NCBI GenBank assembly: GCA_014905635.1
Contig: JABVCE010000022.1
Coordinates: 248,001 to 312,000, forward strand
Length of the DNA stretch: 64,000 nucleotides
Direction of reading: 5' to 3'
Origin: Scenedesmus sp. PABB004
Lineage: Eukaryota
The notes under the pieces were generated by a model that searched no databases, was not told the DNA's origin, and was given only the letters and a program-made list of their open reading frames with translations. The position numbers and the translations under genes are program-made. Each line of letters begins with the position of its first letter. The stretch's first letter is position 1. Of this stretch, positions 34,338 through 46,157 are shown piece by piece.

Positions 34338-35352
34338 ATGGCGTCGGCGCCGGGCGTGCCGCTGCAGGGCGGCGACCCCGGCAGCGTCGGCGACGCCGCG
34401 GTGTTTGGCGTCATCACCGTCAGCGACCGCGCGAGCGGCGGCGTCTACAAGGACCTCAGCGGGCCCGCGATCCTGCAGGCGCGCCCGCGCCCGCGCTGGC
34501 CTGCGAGCGCCGCGCGCTGGCTCAGCCGCTGCCGCCGCCGCCGCCGCCGCCGCACGGCGCGCTCGCCCACCGTCCCGTGCCCCGCTGCAGTTCTTCCACG
34601 ACGCCATCGAGAGCCCCTGGGCCGCGCGGTACGTGGTCGTGCCGGACGAGCAGCCGCTGATTGAGCAGGCGATCAAGGACATGGTGCGGCGTGCGGCACG
34701 CGGCAGCTGCGGCGCGTGGCGGCACGCACCGGCACGCGCCGGCACGCGGCGGCCTCGCCGCCCCACCGCTGGCGGCGACTGCGCCGGCGGCGGCGCCGAC
34801 AGCAGCCGCCGCCGCCGCCGCCCCGCCGCCGCCGCCGCGGCGCAGGCCGACGCCCAGGGCTGCTGCCTCGTCGTGACCACGGGCGGCACGGGGCCCGCGC
34901 CGCGCGACGTGACGCCCGAGGCGACCGAGGCGGTGTGCTCGCGCATGCTGCCCGGCTATGGCGAGCAGATGCGCGCAGTGAGCCTCAAGTATGTGCCCAC
35001 CGCGGTGCTGTCGCGCCAGACCGCGGGTGCGCGCGCGCCGCGGCCCGCCCGGCCGCCAGCGCCGCCGCCTCGCCGCGCGGCCGCGGGCGGGCGCCACGCG
35101 GCCGCGCCCGCCGCGAGCGCCGGGGCCCGCGCGCGGCGCGGCGCTGCAGGCATCCGGGGGCGCACGCTCGTCATCAACCTGCCCGGCAAGCCCAAGTCGA
35201 TTCGGGAGACGTTTGACGAGGTCTTCCGGTCCATTCCCTACTGCATCCAGCTCATGGGCGGGCCCTACGTGCAGACGGTGGCCGCGGTGGTGCCGGCGTT
35301 CCGTCCCCCCGCAGACATGCGCGCCGCGCGGCCCGCGCCCGGCGCCGAGTGA
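34338..35352 (+). CDS. CNX1G: Molybdopterin adenylyltransferase (stand-alone Cnx1 G-domain / MogA), 4 exons
   Basis: VITVSDRASGGVYKDLSGPAI, VVPDE, TTGGTGPAPRDVTPEAT, LSRQTA|GIRGRTLVINLPGKPKSIRE. Confidence 0.93.
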
Positions 35353-35796
35353 GGCGCCGGCACCGCCGCGGCGCCGGCGGCGGTGTGCACCACGTGGCGG
35401 CTGGGGGGCTGGCCGGGCGCGCAAGCGACCCGGCGAGGTGCGCACGCGACCTGCGTGCGCGCGCCGAGCGCGCCCGCTTGAACACGCACCCGCCGCCGCC
35501 GCGCGCCGCCCGCTGCCCGCCGCTCGCGCGGGCCGGGTGCCAGGGCGGTGGGCTCCGCTGCTGGCACCTGCCAGTGCGGCCGTGCGCAGGCCCTGTTAAG
35601 CGTGGCACACACGCGCGCGGCGCCGACCGCTCCGTTATGCCGGCGCCGGCAGTTGGTGGCGCGCGCCTTTCGCCGCCTGCTCCTGCGCGGTGGGATGCCA
35701 CACCTGCGACCGACTCGCTCGTGTGCTCGGGCGGCCCCGATCGCGCGGCGCGCCTGGCTCCCGCGCATTGGAGCCGCGGCACCTGCGCATGCTGCG

Positions 35797-37350
35797 ATGA
35801 GCGGCCACCGGACGCCCTGGCTGGCGTCCCTGCTGCTCGTTTTGGTCGCGACTGCGCTTGTGAGCGCGCAGGAGCAGGTGCAGGACCTGGCGGAGCTCGT
35901 GCAGCAGGTGCACGAGGGGCGCCCGCCCTCGCTCGGCCCCGCAGCGGCCGCGGGCGCCAACCACACGTGCGACCCGGCATCCAATCACACATGCGTCGTT
36001 CGCACGACACACGCGTTTGCGTGCGGCGACGGCCTGAGCTGCAGCGGCTGGCTGCACACGCCCGCCGAGGCCGCGTCGGCGGCGCCGCGGCCTGTGATCG
36101 TCATGGCTCACGGCCTGGGCGGCGACAAGAGCGCCCTGGAGCGCTACGCGGACGCGTTTGTCGGCGCCGGCTTCGCGGTGTTCTCGTTTGACTATCGCTA
36201 CTGGGGCGGCAGCCAGGGCGAGCCGCGCCGCTGGGTCGTGCCGGACGCGCAGGTGGAGGACTGGCTCTCGGCCGTCGCGTACGTGCAGGGCCTGGCCGGC
36301 AGCGTGGACCCGCGCCGGCTGAGCCTGTGGGGCACCTCCTTTGCCGGCGGGCACGTCATCACCGTCGCGGCAAAGCTCGGCGCCGGCGCGGTCAAGAGCG
36401 TCGTTTCGCAGGCGCGGCGCGCGCGCTGCCGGGGCGGCGCCCGCGGGCGGCGATGCCCGGCGCAGCGACGCGCGACGCGCGCCCCGCGCGCCGCGCAGGT
36501 GCCGCACCTCGACGGCCGGCTGGCCAGCGCGCTGAGCGCGCTGCACCGCGGCGCGCTGGGCAACGCCGTGCTCGCGGTGGCCAGCCTCGCGGACGCCAAG
36601 GCGGGCGCCAAGGGCGCTGAGAACCTCTACGTGCCCCTGGCAAGCCGCCGCGCGGCGCGCGGCGCGGGGCGCGGGCCCGCGCGCGCGCGGCGCGCGCTTG
36701 CTCAGCGCGCCGCGCTGCACCGCCCGCCGCCGCCGCGCCAGGCGGGCCCGCGGGGCAGCCTGGCCCTGATGCAGCTGAGCGACGACGAGCTCGAGGCGTA
36801 CGGCGAATACAAGGGCCTGTCGCCCAGCCAGGCCGGCAACGAGACGGTCCTGGTGCGCGCGCGTGCCCGGGCGGCGCCGCGAGACCGCGCGGGGGCGCCA
36901 CGGGCGCCGACACCGCCGACGCGAGCCCGCGCCGGCGCCGCGCGCACGACGCGCGCCGCAGGGCGACAGCTGGCGGCACTACCTGACCCGTGCGAGCCTG
37001 GCGGGATCGCTGAGCGCGTCGCCGTACAGCCCCATCAACTACGTGCACGGCGTGAAGGCGCCGCTGCTCATCGTGGCCGGTGCGCCGCGGCGCCGCGGCC
37101 GGCCGGCGCGCGCGCCGGCGCCGGCGCCGGCGCGCGAGCCGCCGCGCGCTCGCTCGCCGCGCCCGCCCGCGGCCGCGCAGGCACCAAGGACGGGCTCTGC
37201 CCCTTTGCCGCGGCCAAGCTGGCCGCCGCGAAGGCACCCAACGCCACGCTGCTCGCGCTGCCGGCGCTGCACTTTGAGATCTACCTGCACCCAATGTTTG
37301 ACCAGGCGCTCGCCGCCGAGGTGGCGTTCCTGCGCAGCAACGGCATGTGA
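35797..37350 (+). CDS. Secreted alpha/beta-fold hydrolase (bacterial AidA/peptidase S15-like subfamily), 5 exons
   Basis: Signal peptide; VIVMAHGLGG, FDYRYWGGSQGEPR, nucleophile elbow WGTSFAGGHV, Asp in GTKDGLC and His in LHFEIY. Confidence 0.85.
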   Translation: MSGHRTPWLASLLLVLVATALVSAQEQVQDLAELVQQVHEGRPPSLGPAAAAGANHTCDPASNHTCVVRTTHAFACGDGLSCSGWLHTPAEAASAAPRPVIVMAHGLGGDKSALERYADAFVGAGFAVFSFDYRYWGGSQGEPRRWVVPDAQVEDWLSAVAYVQGLAGSVDPRRLSLWGTSFAGGHVITVAAKLGAGAVKSVVSQARRARCRGGARGRRCPAQRRATRAPRAAQVPHLDGRLASALSALHRGALGNAVLAVASLADAKAGAKGAENLYVPLASRRAARGAGRGPARARRALAQRAALHRPPPPRQAGPRGSLALMQLSDDELEAYGEYKGLSPSQAGNETVLVRARARAAPRDRAGAPRAPTPPTRARAGAARTTRAAGRQLAALPDPCEPGGIAERVAVQPHQLRARREGAAAHRGRCAAAPRPAGARAGAGAGARAAARSLAAPARGRAGTKDGLCPFAAAKLAAAKAPNATLLALPALHFEIYLHPMFDQALAAEVAFLRSNGM

Positions 37351-37757
37351 GCCGTGGCCGCCGCCCGCCGGCCGGCGGGCGGCCGTGTGCGCGTGTCCCC
37401 CGCTGCGACGCGAGGGCGGCAGCGCACCGACACCCCATTCCTTCTTGCCAGCGCAGTGCCTGGGCGCCGGCGCTGCGGGCACGCGCAATGTATTGACCGC
37501 GCTGGATTGACCGCGGCCGCGCGCGGGCCCCGCTCGCTCGGACCGCACGCGCTGCAGCCGCACGTGCTGGGGGATTCGTTCGGCCGGCGGCGGATCGATC
37601 TCGAGCGCGCGCGCACGCTGGCAGAGCGGGCCGGCGCTGGCAGCGGCGGGTCGCACGGGTCCCGGAGCTTCGGCGGGTAACTCGTCACACGCGCTGCCGC
37701 CGTGGTGGCCGGCCGGGTCGCAGAGGGGCTGCGCGCGTGAAAAAAGGGCGACGAAAC

Positions 37758-39094
37758 CTACGCCGGCGCCTGCACCGCGCCCGGCCCGTCCTCGCACTGC
37801 ACCGCGGGCGTGCTGAGCAGGCGCTGCTGCTCCTGCACGATGGTGCGCAGCACCTGGTTCTCCCGGTGCAGCGCGACCAGGTCCTGCCCGCGCCCGTCGA
37901 TCTGCGGCGGCGGTGGCGGGCGGTGTCGGCGGCGCCGGCGGCGTCGGTGGTGACGCCTGCGGCAGTGGCGGCAGAGCGCGCCCGCCGGCGGGCCGGCGCC
38001 CGGCCGCCGCCGCGGCGCGCGCCGCGCCGCGCCGAGCCGCGCCTTGTCTCCCATCTCGGCCATGCGGCCTTCCATGGCGGCCATGGAGGCCTTCTGGCGC
38101 GCGCGGAAGCGCCGCTGCGCGAGGCGGTTCTTCTCCTTGACGCGGTCGTGCCGGTTGGCCGCGGCGGCGGCCGCGGCGGCGGCCCCCCCGCGCCGCCCGC
38201 GCCCGCGGACGCCGCCGCGTCGGCGCCGCGCGGGAGGGCGAGCGCCTGCAGCAGCGACGCGTCGCCCGCCTCGCTGAAGTCGCCCGCCGAGTCGCTGCCG
38301 CGCGCCGCCGCGGCGCGGCCGCGCGCGCCGCCGCCGCCGCCGCCGCGCGCGCCGCGGCCGCGGCCGGCACCGGCGCTGCCGCTGTCGTCGCTGCTGTCCT
38401 GCAGCGTCACAAAGTCGTCACGCCCGTAGCCGTAGCTCGGGCCGGAGCGCTTGCGCCGCCCGCCCCCGGGCTTGAGCTTGGGCTGCGCCGCCGCCGCCGC
38501 CGCCGCCGCCGCTGCGACGTACGCCTCGAGATCCTGGTGCTGCTGGTGCTGCTGCAGCTGGTGGAGCTGGGCGTGCTGCTGCTGCATGTACGCGCCGGCG
38601 CCGGCCGCCGCAAAGCCGCCCGCCGCGGCAAAGGCGGCGTCGGTGTGCGCCCCCGGCCCCTGGGCATGCTGCGTCGCGTACGCCTCCGCCGCGAGGTGCG
38701 CCTGCGCCTGCGCGGCCAGGTCCTGCAGCGCCATCGCGCGCAGCGCCTCGGTCTGCGCCGCCTGCGCCGCGGCGGCCGTCTGCGCCGCCGCCTGCGCCGC
38801 GAGCGCGTCTGCCGGCAGCTGCGCGAGCAGTGCCGCGAGCGCCTGCTCCTGCGCCGCCGTCGCCGCCGCGGCGCCGTCGGTGGCGCCGCCGGCGACGTCG
38901 CCGCCGCCGCCGCTGCGAGGCGCGCCGCGCGCGGGCGGCGCGTGGGCGGGGGCGCGCCATCAGCGGCGGCGCGCCGCTGCGTGCCAGCCGCCGCGCGGCG
39001 GCTGCGCCCCACCGCACCCGGCCGCGGCCGCCAGCACGGAGGCCCACTCCGGCGCCAGCTGCACCAGGCGCATGAGCTCCTCCTCCACCTCCAT
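37758..39094 (-). CDS. bZIP-like transcription factor, 3 exons; apparent frameshift near 38185
   Basis: Basic region RVKEKNRLAQRRFRARQK followed by a heptad zipper (M..MEGRMAEMGDK|IDGRGQDLVALHRENQVLR). Confidence 0.75.
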
Positions 39095-39512
39095 CGCAGC
39101 AGCAGCGGCGTCGAGGCGGCGCGGCGCGGCGCTGCGCGTGCGGGAGGGGCGCGGCGCTGTGTGCCAGGTCTGCGTGGGTTCCGGCTGACTGGCCAGGCCG
39201 GGGCGGGCTCTGGAGGGACGACCGCGAGCCGCGCGCGCTGAGCCCGCGCTGCCGGGGGCCGCCCAGCTGCCTCAGCTGCGTCGGGTGTGTTGCCGCCGAC
39301 CCATCGGCAGACCCCCCATCGCCTGCGTCCCGGCCCACACATCCAGCCGCGCAGGAGCCCCCCGGCTGCTGCTCTCGCGCGCCCGGCCTGCCGCTCGCGC
39401 CGCCCCGCGGCCTGGCCAGCGCCAGCGCCGGCTGCCTGGCCAGCCGTCACCGCGTCACGCCGGCCGGCGGCCCCCCGCGCGCGCCCGGGGCGGCGCAGCA
39501 GCAGCTGCCACC

Positions 39513-40341
39513 ATGGGCGGCGGCGCGCCGCTCGCGTTCCTGAACAAAAAGACATGGCACCCAGGTCCGCGCGCGCGGCGCGGCGGGTGGGGACGGGCTG
39601 GCGCGGCGCCGCGGGCCGCGCGGCGCGCGGAGGAGCGGGCGGCGGGCCGGGCAGCGGCGGCAGCGGCGCCGGCAGAGACGCGCCCATCGCCGACCGCCGC
39701 GCCGACCGCCGCCAGGGCGCTTCCAAAACCTGGAGGAGGTGTGGAAGCGGGAGCAGCAGGCGGAGGCGGAGGCGCGCAAGCTGGAGGAGCTGCGCAAGCA
39801 GTATGAGGACGAGCGCAAGGGCGAGGAGATCACTGCCATTGCCCACTCGGCCGGCTACCGGTGCGCTTGCGCGCGGCGCGCGGCCGCGCCGCGCCGCGCC
39901 GCGCGCCCGCCGCGGAGCGGCGCCGCGCGGCTCACGCGCGGCTCGCGCCCGCGCGCCGCGCGCGCAGCAAGGAGGAGCGCCTCGACTGGATGTACGGGGG
40001 CAGCCTCGCCGCCAAGAACGCAGCGGCCGCGGCCGGCGGCGCCGGCGCCGGCAGCGGCGGCGCGGAGCCCGAGCAGCCGCTCATGGGCCGGCCGCCGGCG
40101 CCGGACGAGGAGCTGTCGCGCGCGGAGCGCGCCGCGGCGCTGCCGAGCTTCCTCGCGGCCGACACGCCGGCGGGGCAGAACGAGGCGTGGGCGCGGCTCA
40201 ACAACGACCCGCTGCTCGCGATCAAAAAGCAGGAGCAGGACGCGCTGCGGCGGGTGCGGGAGAACCCGATCAAGATGCAGGCAATCCTCAAGGAGGTGCG
40301 CGGCGCCAGCGGCGGCGGCGGCGGCGCCAGCAGCGGCGGCA

Positions 40342-40396
<55 letters not shown>

Positions 40397-41448
40397 CCCC
40401 GCTGAGCGGCGGCCCGCGCCCGGCGCCGCAGGTGGAGAAGGTGCGCAGCCACAAGCACAAGAAGGAGAAGAAGGAAAAGAAGGAGAAGCGGGACAGGCGG
40501 GACAAGAAGCGCAGCCGCAGCCGCAGCCGAGGCCGGGGCCGCAGCCGCAGCCCGCCGCGCGGCCGGCCGGCGCCGGCGCCGGCGCACGGCCACGGCGGGG
40601 GCGGGCGCGAGCGCGAGCGTGAGCGCGGCGGCAGCCCGCGGCACGAGCGCCGCCGCAGCCGCAGCCGGGGGCGCAGCCGCAGCAGGAGCCGCGACCACGG
40701 CGGCGGCGGCGGCGGCGGCCACCACGGCGGCGGCGGCGGCCACCACCACCACAGCAGCGGCGGCGGCCAGCACCACGGCGCCGCCGGCGGCGGCGGCCGC
40801 ACGTACGGCCTGGAGCTGACGGCGGGGCGCGGCCGGCACGCGCCCGACGCGGCGCAGCTGGCGGCGCAGGCCGACGCGCGCGCGGCGGCCACGCGGCAGC
40901 GCTTGGCCGAGGCGGTGGCGGCGAAGGAGGCCGCCGCGGCCGCCGAGGCGGCGGCGGCGGCGGCGCGCCGGCGGCCGCGCGAGTTCCGCACGGGCGCGCT
41001 GAGCGCCGAGGAGAAGGCGGCGCGGCTGGCCGAGATGATGGGCAACGCCGCGCAGCACGAGGCGCAGCGCGCGGAGCGCCTGCAGCAGGTGCGCGCGCGC
41101 GGGCGCGGCGCGGCGCTGGGGGAGGCCGCTGGGGGCCCAGGCCAGCGGCGCCGGGCAGGGGGCTCCTGCGGCTCCCGCCCACGCCCGTGCCCCCACCCCC
41201 TCCAAACGTGCGCCCGCCGCCGCGCCGCGCCGCGCCCGGCACGCGCGCACGCGCAGGCGCGCGCGGCGGACGACGCCGACGCGGCCAAGGGCGTCGCGGG
41301 GCTGCTCGCGCGCGCGGCGGCGGTGCAGGCGGAGGACGCGTTCAAGGCCGCCGCCGCGGCGGAGGTGTTTGGCAGCTTGGCGGGCGGCGGCGTGAGCCTC
41401 GACGCGCGCGTGAGCAGCCGGCGGCACCGCAACGAGCGCGGCGGCTGA
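39513..41448 (+). CDS. CWC25: Pre-mRNA splicing factor CWC25, 5 exons
   Basis: MGGG..LAFLNKKTWHPG|RFQNLEEVWKREQ, ERLDWMY, LNNDPLLAIKKQE, RS-rich region and LSAEEKAARLAEMMGNA. Confidence 0.92.
40343..40394. repeat. (GGC)n microsatellite of about 17 units in a CWC25 intron
   Basis: Directly visible. Confidence 0.9.
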
Positions 41449-41837
41449 GCTGAGCGCGTGCGGCGGGGCGCGTGCGGCGGCGCGCGGGGCGCTCGGCTGG
41501 GGGCAGCCGCCGGGGTGCCCCTGGGCGTGGCGCGCGTGCAACCTGCGTCCTGCCGCTGCCAGTGCGCCGCCTGCCAGTGCCCGCGCCCGCGCGGCGCTGA
41601 GCGCTCGGCGCGCCCGCCGCGCACGGCGCCGTCGCCGCCGGCCGTCGTCGCCCAGATGCCGGGCTGCCGACGGGTCACGCGAGCGGGCCGGCCCGCTCAG
41701 ACGAGGCGCTGCCGACGTTGGATACCTAGGAGACAGGGTTCGCGACCGCCCTCGCCCCGTGCCACACGCGCGGCCGCGCCCGCCACAGTTCACGCGTGCC
41801 AGCTCGTGTCCGGGACGCGTCGCCGCGACATGAGAGC

Positions 41838-43993
41838 ATGAGCCCCTGCGTCCTCGTGTTCGCGCCCGGCGCGCCGCCGCTGCTGCCGGCGCTGGGCGGC
41901 CCCGGCGTGCCGTCGTCGAGCGAGACCGGCCTGGCGGGCCTGAGCGAGCTGTCGAGCCTCCTGGGCGCCGGGGGCGGGCGCTCCGACAGCGGGCATGCCG
42001 CCTGCGCCGACAGCGCCGGGCGCGGCGCCCTGGCCTGGGTGGGCCCGCTGCGGCGCCTGGCGGCCACGCCCTGCCTCGTGAGCGGCAGCGCGGCGGAGCT
42101 GGGCGCCTTCCAGGCGGCCGCGCGCGGCGCGGTGCTGGAGGCGCTGGCGGCCGCCTCCGCGGAGGCGCTGTGGGCGGAGAGCGGCCTGCTGGAGCACCTG
42201 GCCAAGGCGCTGGCGCTCGTGGACGCCGGGCGCACCAGCGCCGGGTACCAGGCCGCCACCGCCTGCATCGGCTTCGCCTGCCTCGCCTCCTGCGCGCTCA
42301 CGGTCTCAGGTGCGCTCCCGGGCGCGGCGCTGGCGCGCGGGACGCGCGCAGCGCGCGGGCGCTCGCGGCGTGTCGGGCGGCCCCACGCGCTGCCGGGCGA
42401 CGCCGCGGCGCGGCCAGGGCGCGCCGGGGGCGCGGGCGAGGCCGGATCGGGGCGGCGCGCGGCCAATTGGGGCCGGCGCGCGCGGGGCGATGGGCGGTTG
42501 TTCGCGGCCCTCCCGGAGCGCCCGCCGCGGGCGCTGCGCGCTCCCCCGCGCGCGGGACGCGCCCCACCCTAACACGGCCCGCCGCCGCCGCGCGCCGCCG
42601 CCGCCGCGCCGCGCGCCGCCCGTCGCCCGCCGCCCGCCCCGCAGGCGCCTCGGACAGCGGGGCGAGCAGCGGGGCGAGCAGCAGCAGCACGAGCAGCGGG
42701 TCCAGCAGCACCACGAGCGACGCGAACGGCAGCGCCCGCGCCGCCAGCCCGCCGGACGCGGCGTTCAAGGTCCCCGCGCTGCCGGCGAAGCGCAGCCGCG
42801 CGGCGCTCGAGGCCGGCGGCGAGTGCGGCGGCGGCGCGGAGGCGGCGCCCGCGCCGCCGCGGTCGCTGCGGCCGGCGCCGGAGCAGCGGCCGCAGCCGCA
42901 GGCGCAGCAGCCGCAGCAGTCGCAGCGGGAGCAGCACGCGCGCAGGCACGGGCCGCCGAAGCGGCGCGCGACGCCGCAGGTGCTGCAGGGCGGGCCGTTT
43001 GCCATCACGCCCGCGGCGCCGCCCGCGAGCGGCTGCCGCGGCGAGGCGGCGGTGTGCGACGAGGCGCTGCTGTCGTGCTGGTGCCCCATCAGCGGCAAGC
43101 GGCTGCGGCAGACGCCGGCGCAGCCGGCGGACAGCGCGCCCAGCAGCCTCGCGAGCAGCGGGGCGGCGCCGCCGCCGGCGGCGGCGCAGCAGGCGGCGCA
43201 GCAGGCGGCGCAGCAGGCGGCGCAGCAGCAGCAGGAGCAGCGGCAGCCGGCGCGCTCCGCGTCGCCGTCGCGCGGCAGCAGCGGCGGCGGCGCGAGCAGC
43301 CTGCCGCGCGGCGGCCGGCCGCCGGGGCTGCCGCCCAAGCCGAGCGCCAGCGGCGGCGAGCCGCGCAGCGCGGCGGCGGCGGCGCGCGCGGCGTCGTACG
43401 CCGGCGCGGTCGACGCGCTGAAGCAGCTGCTGCACGAGGACCCCAGCCACAGCCGGCCCGCGGCCGACGTGCTGCTGTTTGGGCAGTCGAGCCAGCAGCC
43501 CATCAAGACGTGGAGCGGCTGCATCAAGCACAAGGCCGGCGGCCGCGTCGTGGAGCTGTGCAGCCTCTCCGTGCAGGTGCGCGCCGCGCGCCGCGCGCAG
43601 CACGCCCGGGCTGCGGCGGCAGGCGCCCGCGCGCCCGCCAGCGCGCCCGCGCGCGCGCGCGCGCCGCCCACGCGCCGTGTCGCCGCGCGCGCGCCCCGCG
43701 CCGCCCAGGTGCCCGCGCCGTTCCTGGAGGAGTTTCCGCCGTCGCTCTACGCGACCGACGTGCGCCACCGGCGCGCGGTGTCGCTCGGCCGCCACGTCGT
43801 CTGCCGCGCGACGCTCGGCACGCTGAGCGAGCACCAGATGGCGGGCCTCGCCGCGATGGCGCGCGGGCAGCTCGTCGCGCTCGCGAGCCTGCAGACCGCG
43901 GAGCTCCACTTTGTGCCGTACTTTGACAACAAAAACACAGTGCGCATGGTCGGCTTCCTCAAGGTCCCGCAGGCACCCCACGCGGCGGCGTGA
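41838..43993 (+). CDS. Hypothetical protein with a C-terminal SPOC-like domain, 3 exons
   Basis: GT-AG introns at about 42310-42644 and 43577-43708 join in frame; C-terminus KTWSGCIKHK...FPPSLYA...LVALASL...LHFVPY...MVGFL resembles SPOC. The domain call is tentative. Confidence 0.6.
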
Positions 43994-45031
43994 CGCGCAC
44001 GGTGACGTGCACGGCGCGTGACGCAGAGCGCGCGGCGCCTCGCGCGAGGCGCCGCGACGCGACGCGGGGGGCCGCCCCCGGATTGGGCGCGCGCCCCCCG
44101 CCGGCCGGCCGCGCGTGCGGGCACTCGTGTGCCTGCCGAGCGCGGGCGCCGGCCGGCGCGGCGTGGCGGCTGGCGTGCCGTGGCGTTGCTGCTGCACTGC
44201 TGCACTGCTGTGCCGGGTGTGGGGGGTAGGGGGTCTCATGATGGAGCGACGGCGCAGAGCTTTGCCCCCCCCTGGTGTTGATCCATGCTGAGCCACGACC
44301 ACAAGCGTTGGGGCGGCGTTGCGGCGGCGGCGGCGCGGCGGCGCGCCTGTACAACCCCACCTCAACCCCACCACCTCAACCCACCATGTATGCCTCGCTT
44401 TTTGACACAGCGCGACCCACCAGCGGCATTGTTTCCCCGGCCCGCGCCCCCCTGCACGCACGCAGGGCGCGCGGGGGGCGCGGCGGCACTTGCCTGAGCG
44501 GAGCAGCATCCCGGCGGCCGTCCCCTGGTGGCAGTCCATACCAACAGCAGAGAGTTCAGTCAGCCGGTCGGGGATGGGAGGAGCGCGCGCGGCCGCGGGC
44601 GCGCACCTTGCGCGCCCGCGGCGCGGCGCGGCGCTTGCGAGAGAGAGGCCGTCAGGCGCACCGCACCCAGCAGCACTTTTCTCTGAATCCCGACGCGGGC
44701 GCCGGTCGGTTGCGTGTCTTTGGGCGGTCCGTCTGGGGATGTCGGTTTGGTTTTTGTTGCTCCGGCGGCTGTGGCGGCTGTGGCGGCTGTGGCGCTCGCT
44801 CGCGCGCGCGCATTCTTGAGGCACGGACGGCGTGTCGAGCACTGCGGGAGGCGGGGACGCCCGCGCGTGGCCAGGGTCGGGGCATGGCCAGGGATCACGC
44901 TGAACACCCACCCCGGGGCCGGACGCGTCGTGTGCGGGCGACTTTAGGAAACAACACGTTTTCTCGCGCTCCCTCCGATTTCTCTCGCCCCTGCGCGCGC
45001 TCCCGCCTCTGCGCCGCCGCCGCCCGCCCGC

Positions 45032-45887
45032 TCAGCCCCACAGCTCGCCAAAGGTGAAGAAGGCGAACGCGAGGCCCAGCAGCGGCACGAGCACGCTGAT
45101 CGCGGCGATCACGGTCAGCACGTTGACCTGCGGCGCGCGCGGCGCCGCGACCGCGGCGCCGCGCCGGCGTGTGAGAGCCCGGCGCGCGGCGGGGCCAGCC
45201 TGCCTGGGCCGCTCCGGCAGGCGCGCCGGCGACGGCGCCAGGTGCGGCGCCCCCGCGGGCCGCGCGACGCGGCACGCTGCGCGGCGCCGTGCCGCCGCGC
45301 TGCGCGACGCGGCGGCGCGCCGCTCACATTGCCGCCCTTCCACTCGCTGCCGTCCCACGCCTCGGTGTACAGATCTTTCCTCTCGCGCCCATTGTTCGCC
45401 AGCCGGTTTGCCTCCTTCCTGTACGCTGCGGTGCATTGGGGGGGGGGGGCATGAGGGGGCGGCACAGAGTTGCCACAGGGTGAATCATGCGCCCACAGCG
45501 CACGATGAGGGGCTCCCTCATCGCACGATGAGGGGCTCCCTCATCAGCGGCGCGCCGACCAGCGGCCGCCAGCCGCGCCGCACCAATCTCCTCGCGCACG
45601 GTGCGTGCGGGCGCCTGCCGCGTCGCTTCGTACCAGCCTGCGCCGTACTCGACTTGGGCCCGCTGGGCCCGCTGCTGGCGGGCGACAGGCGAGGCGGTGA
45701 GGCGGCGCCGCTGCCCAGGCAGCGGCGGCGCGCTGCTCGCACGCCCGCGCCGGCGCACCTGCTTGCCCTGCTGCTTCGCCGGCTTGGCGGGCTGCCGCGC
45801 CGCACGCGTGACGACGACGCGCGGGTGAAGGGCCGCTGGCTGCAGCTGCAGCGGGCGCTGCAGCTGCGGCGCGCGCTGCAGCGCCAT
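45032..45887 (-). CDS. Small plastid-targeted single-TM protein (possibly LCI2-like thylakoid protein), 4 exons
   Basis: Transit-peptide-like MALQRAPQLQRPLQL...VVVTRA, then YGAGWYEATR, RKDLYTEAWDGSEWKGG, and a C-terminal TM VLTVIAAISVLVPLLGLAFAFFTFGELWG. The family name is from memory. Confidence 0.7.
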
Positions 45888-46157
45888 GCGGGCTGCTGCG
45901 ACGGAGCGGGACGCGAATGGCAGCGCACGCAATTGGAGCGGGGGCCGGCGTTGCAGCGCGTGCCGGCACCGCGCGGCGGCGGGGTGGGGCGCAGCGGCGC
46001 AGCCCTTGGTCGGAGGCGCGGACTCAGGTTCAGCACTCTCCTAGCTCGTCAGGGCAGCGCCCAGCGCAACGGCCGCGGCCGGCCCGCCGCTGCCGCACGC
46101 CGCTGCGCGAGCGGGGATGGCGCAGCCTGGCGGCGCGGGCGACCAGCGCTGGTCGCT

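Noticed and set aside
34338..35352. Stand-alone MogA-like gene as a bacterial transfer
   Set aside because: Separate CNX1G and CNX1E genes are already known in chlorophytes such as Chlamydomonas, and this gene has typical host introns.
43994..45031. ~1 kb less GC-rich stretch as a possible ncRNA or foreign insert (likewise 16200-17440 and 55023-55820)
   Set aside because: No tRNA, rRNA or snRNA signature is recognisable; the positions match 3' UTRs, which have lower GC here.
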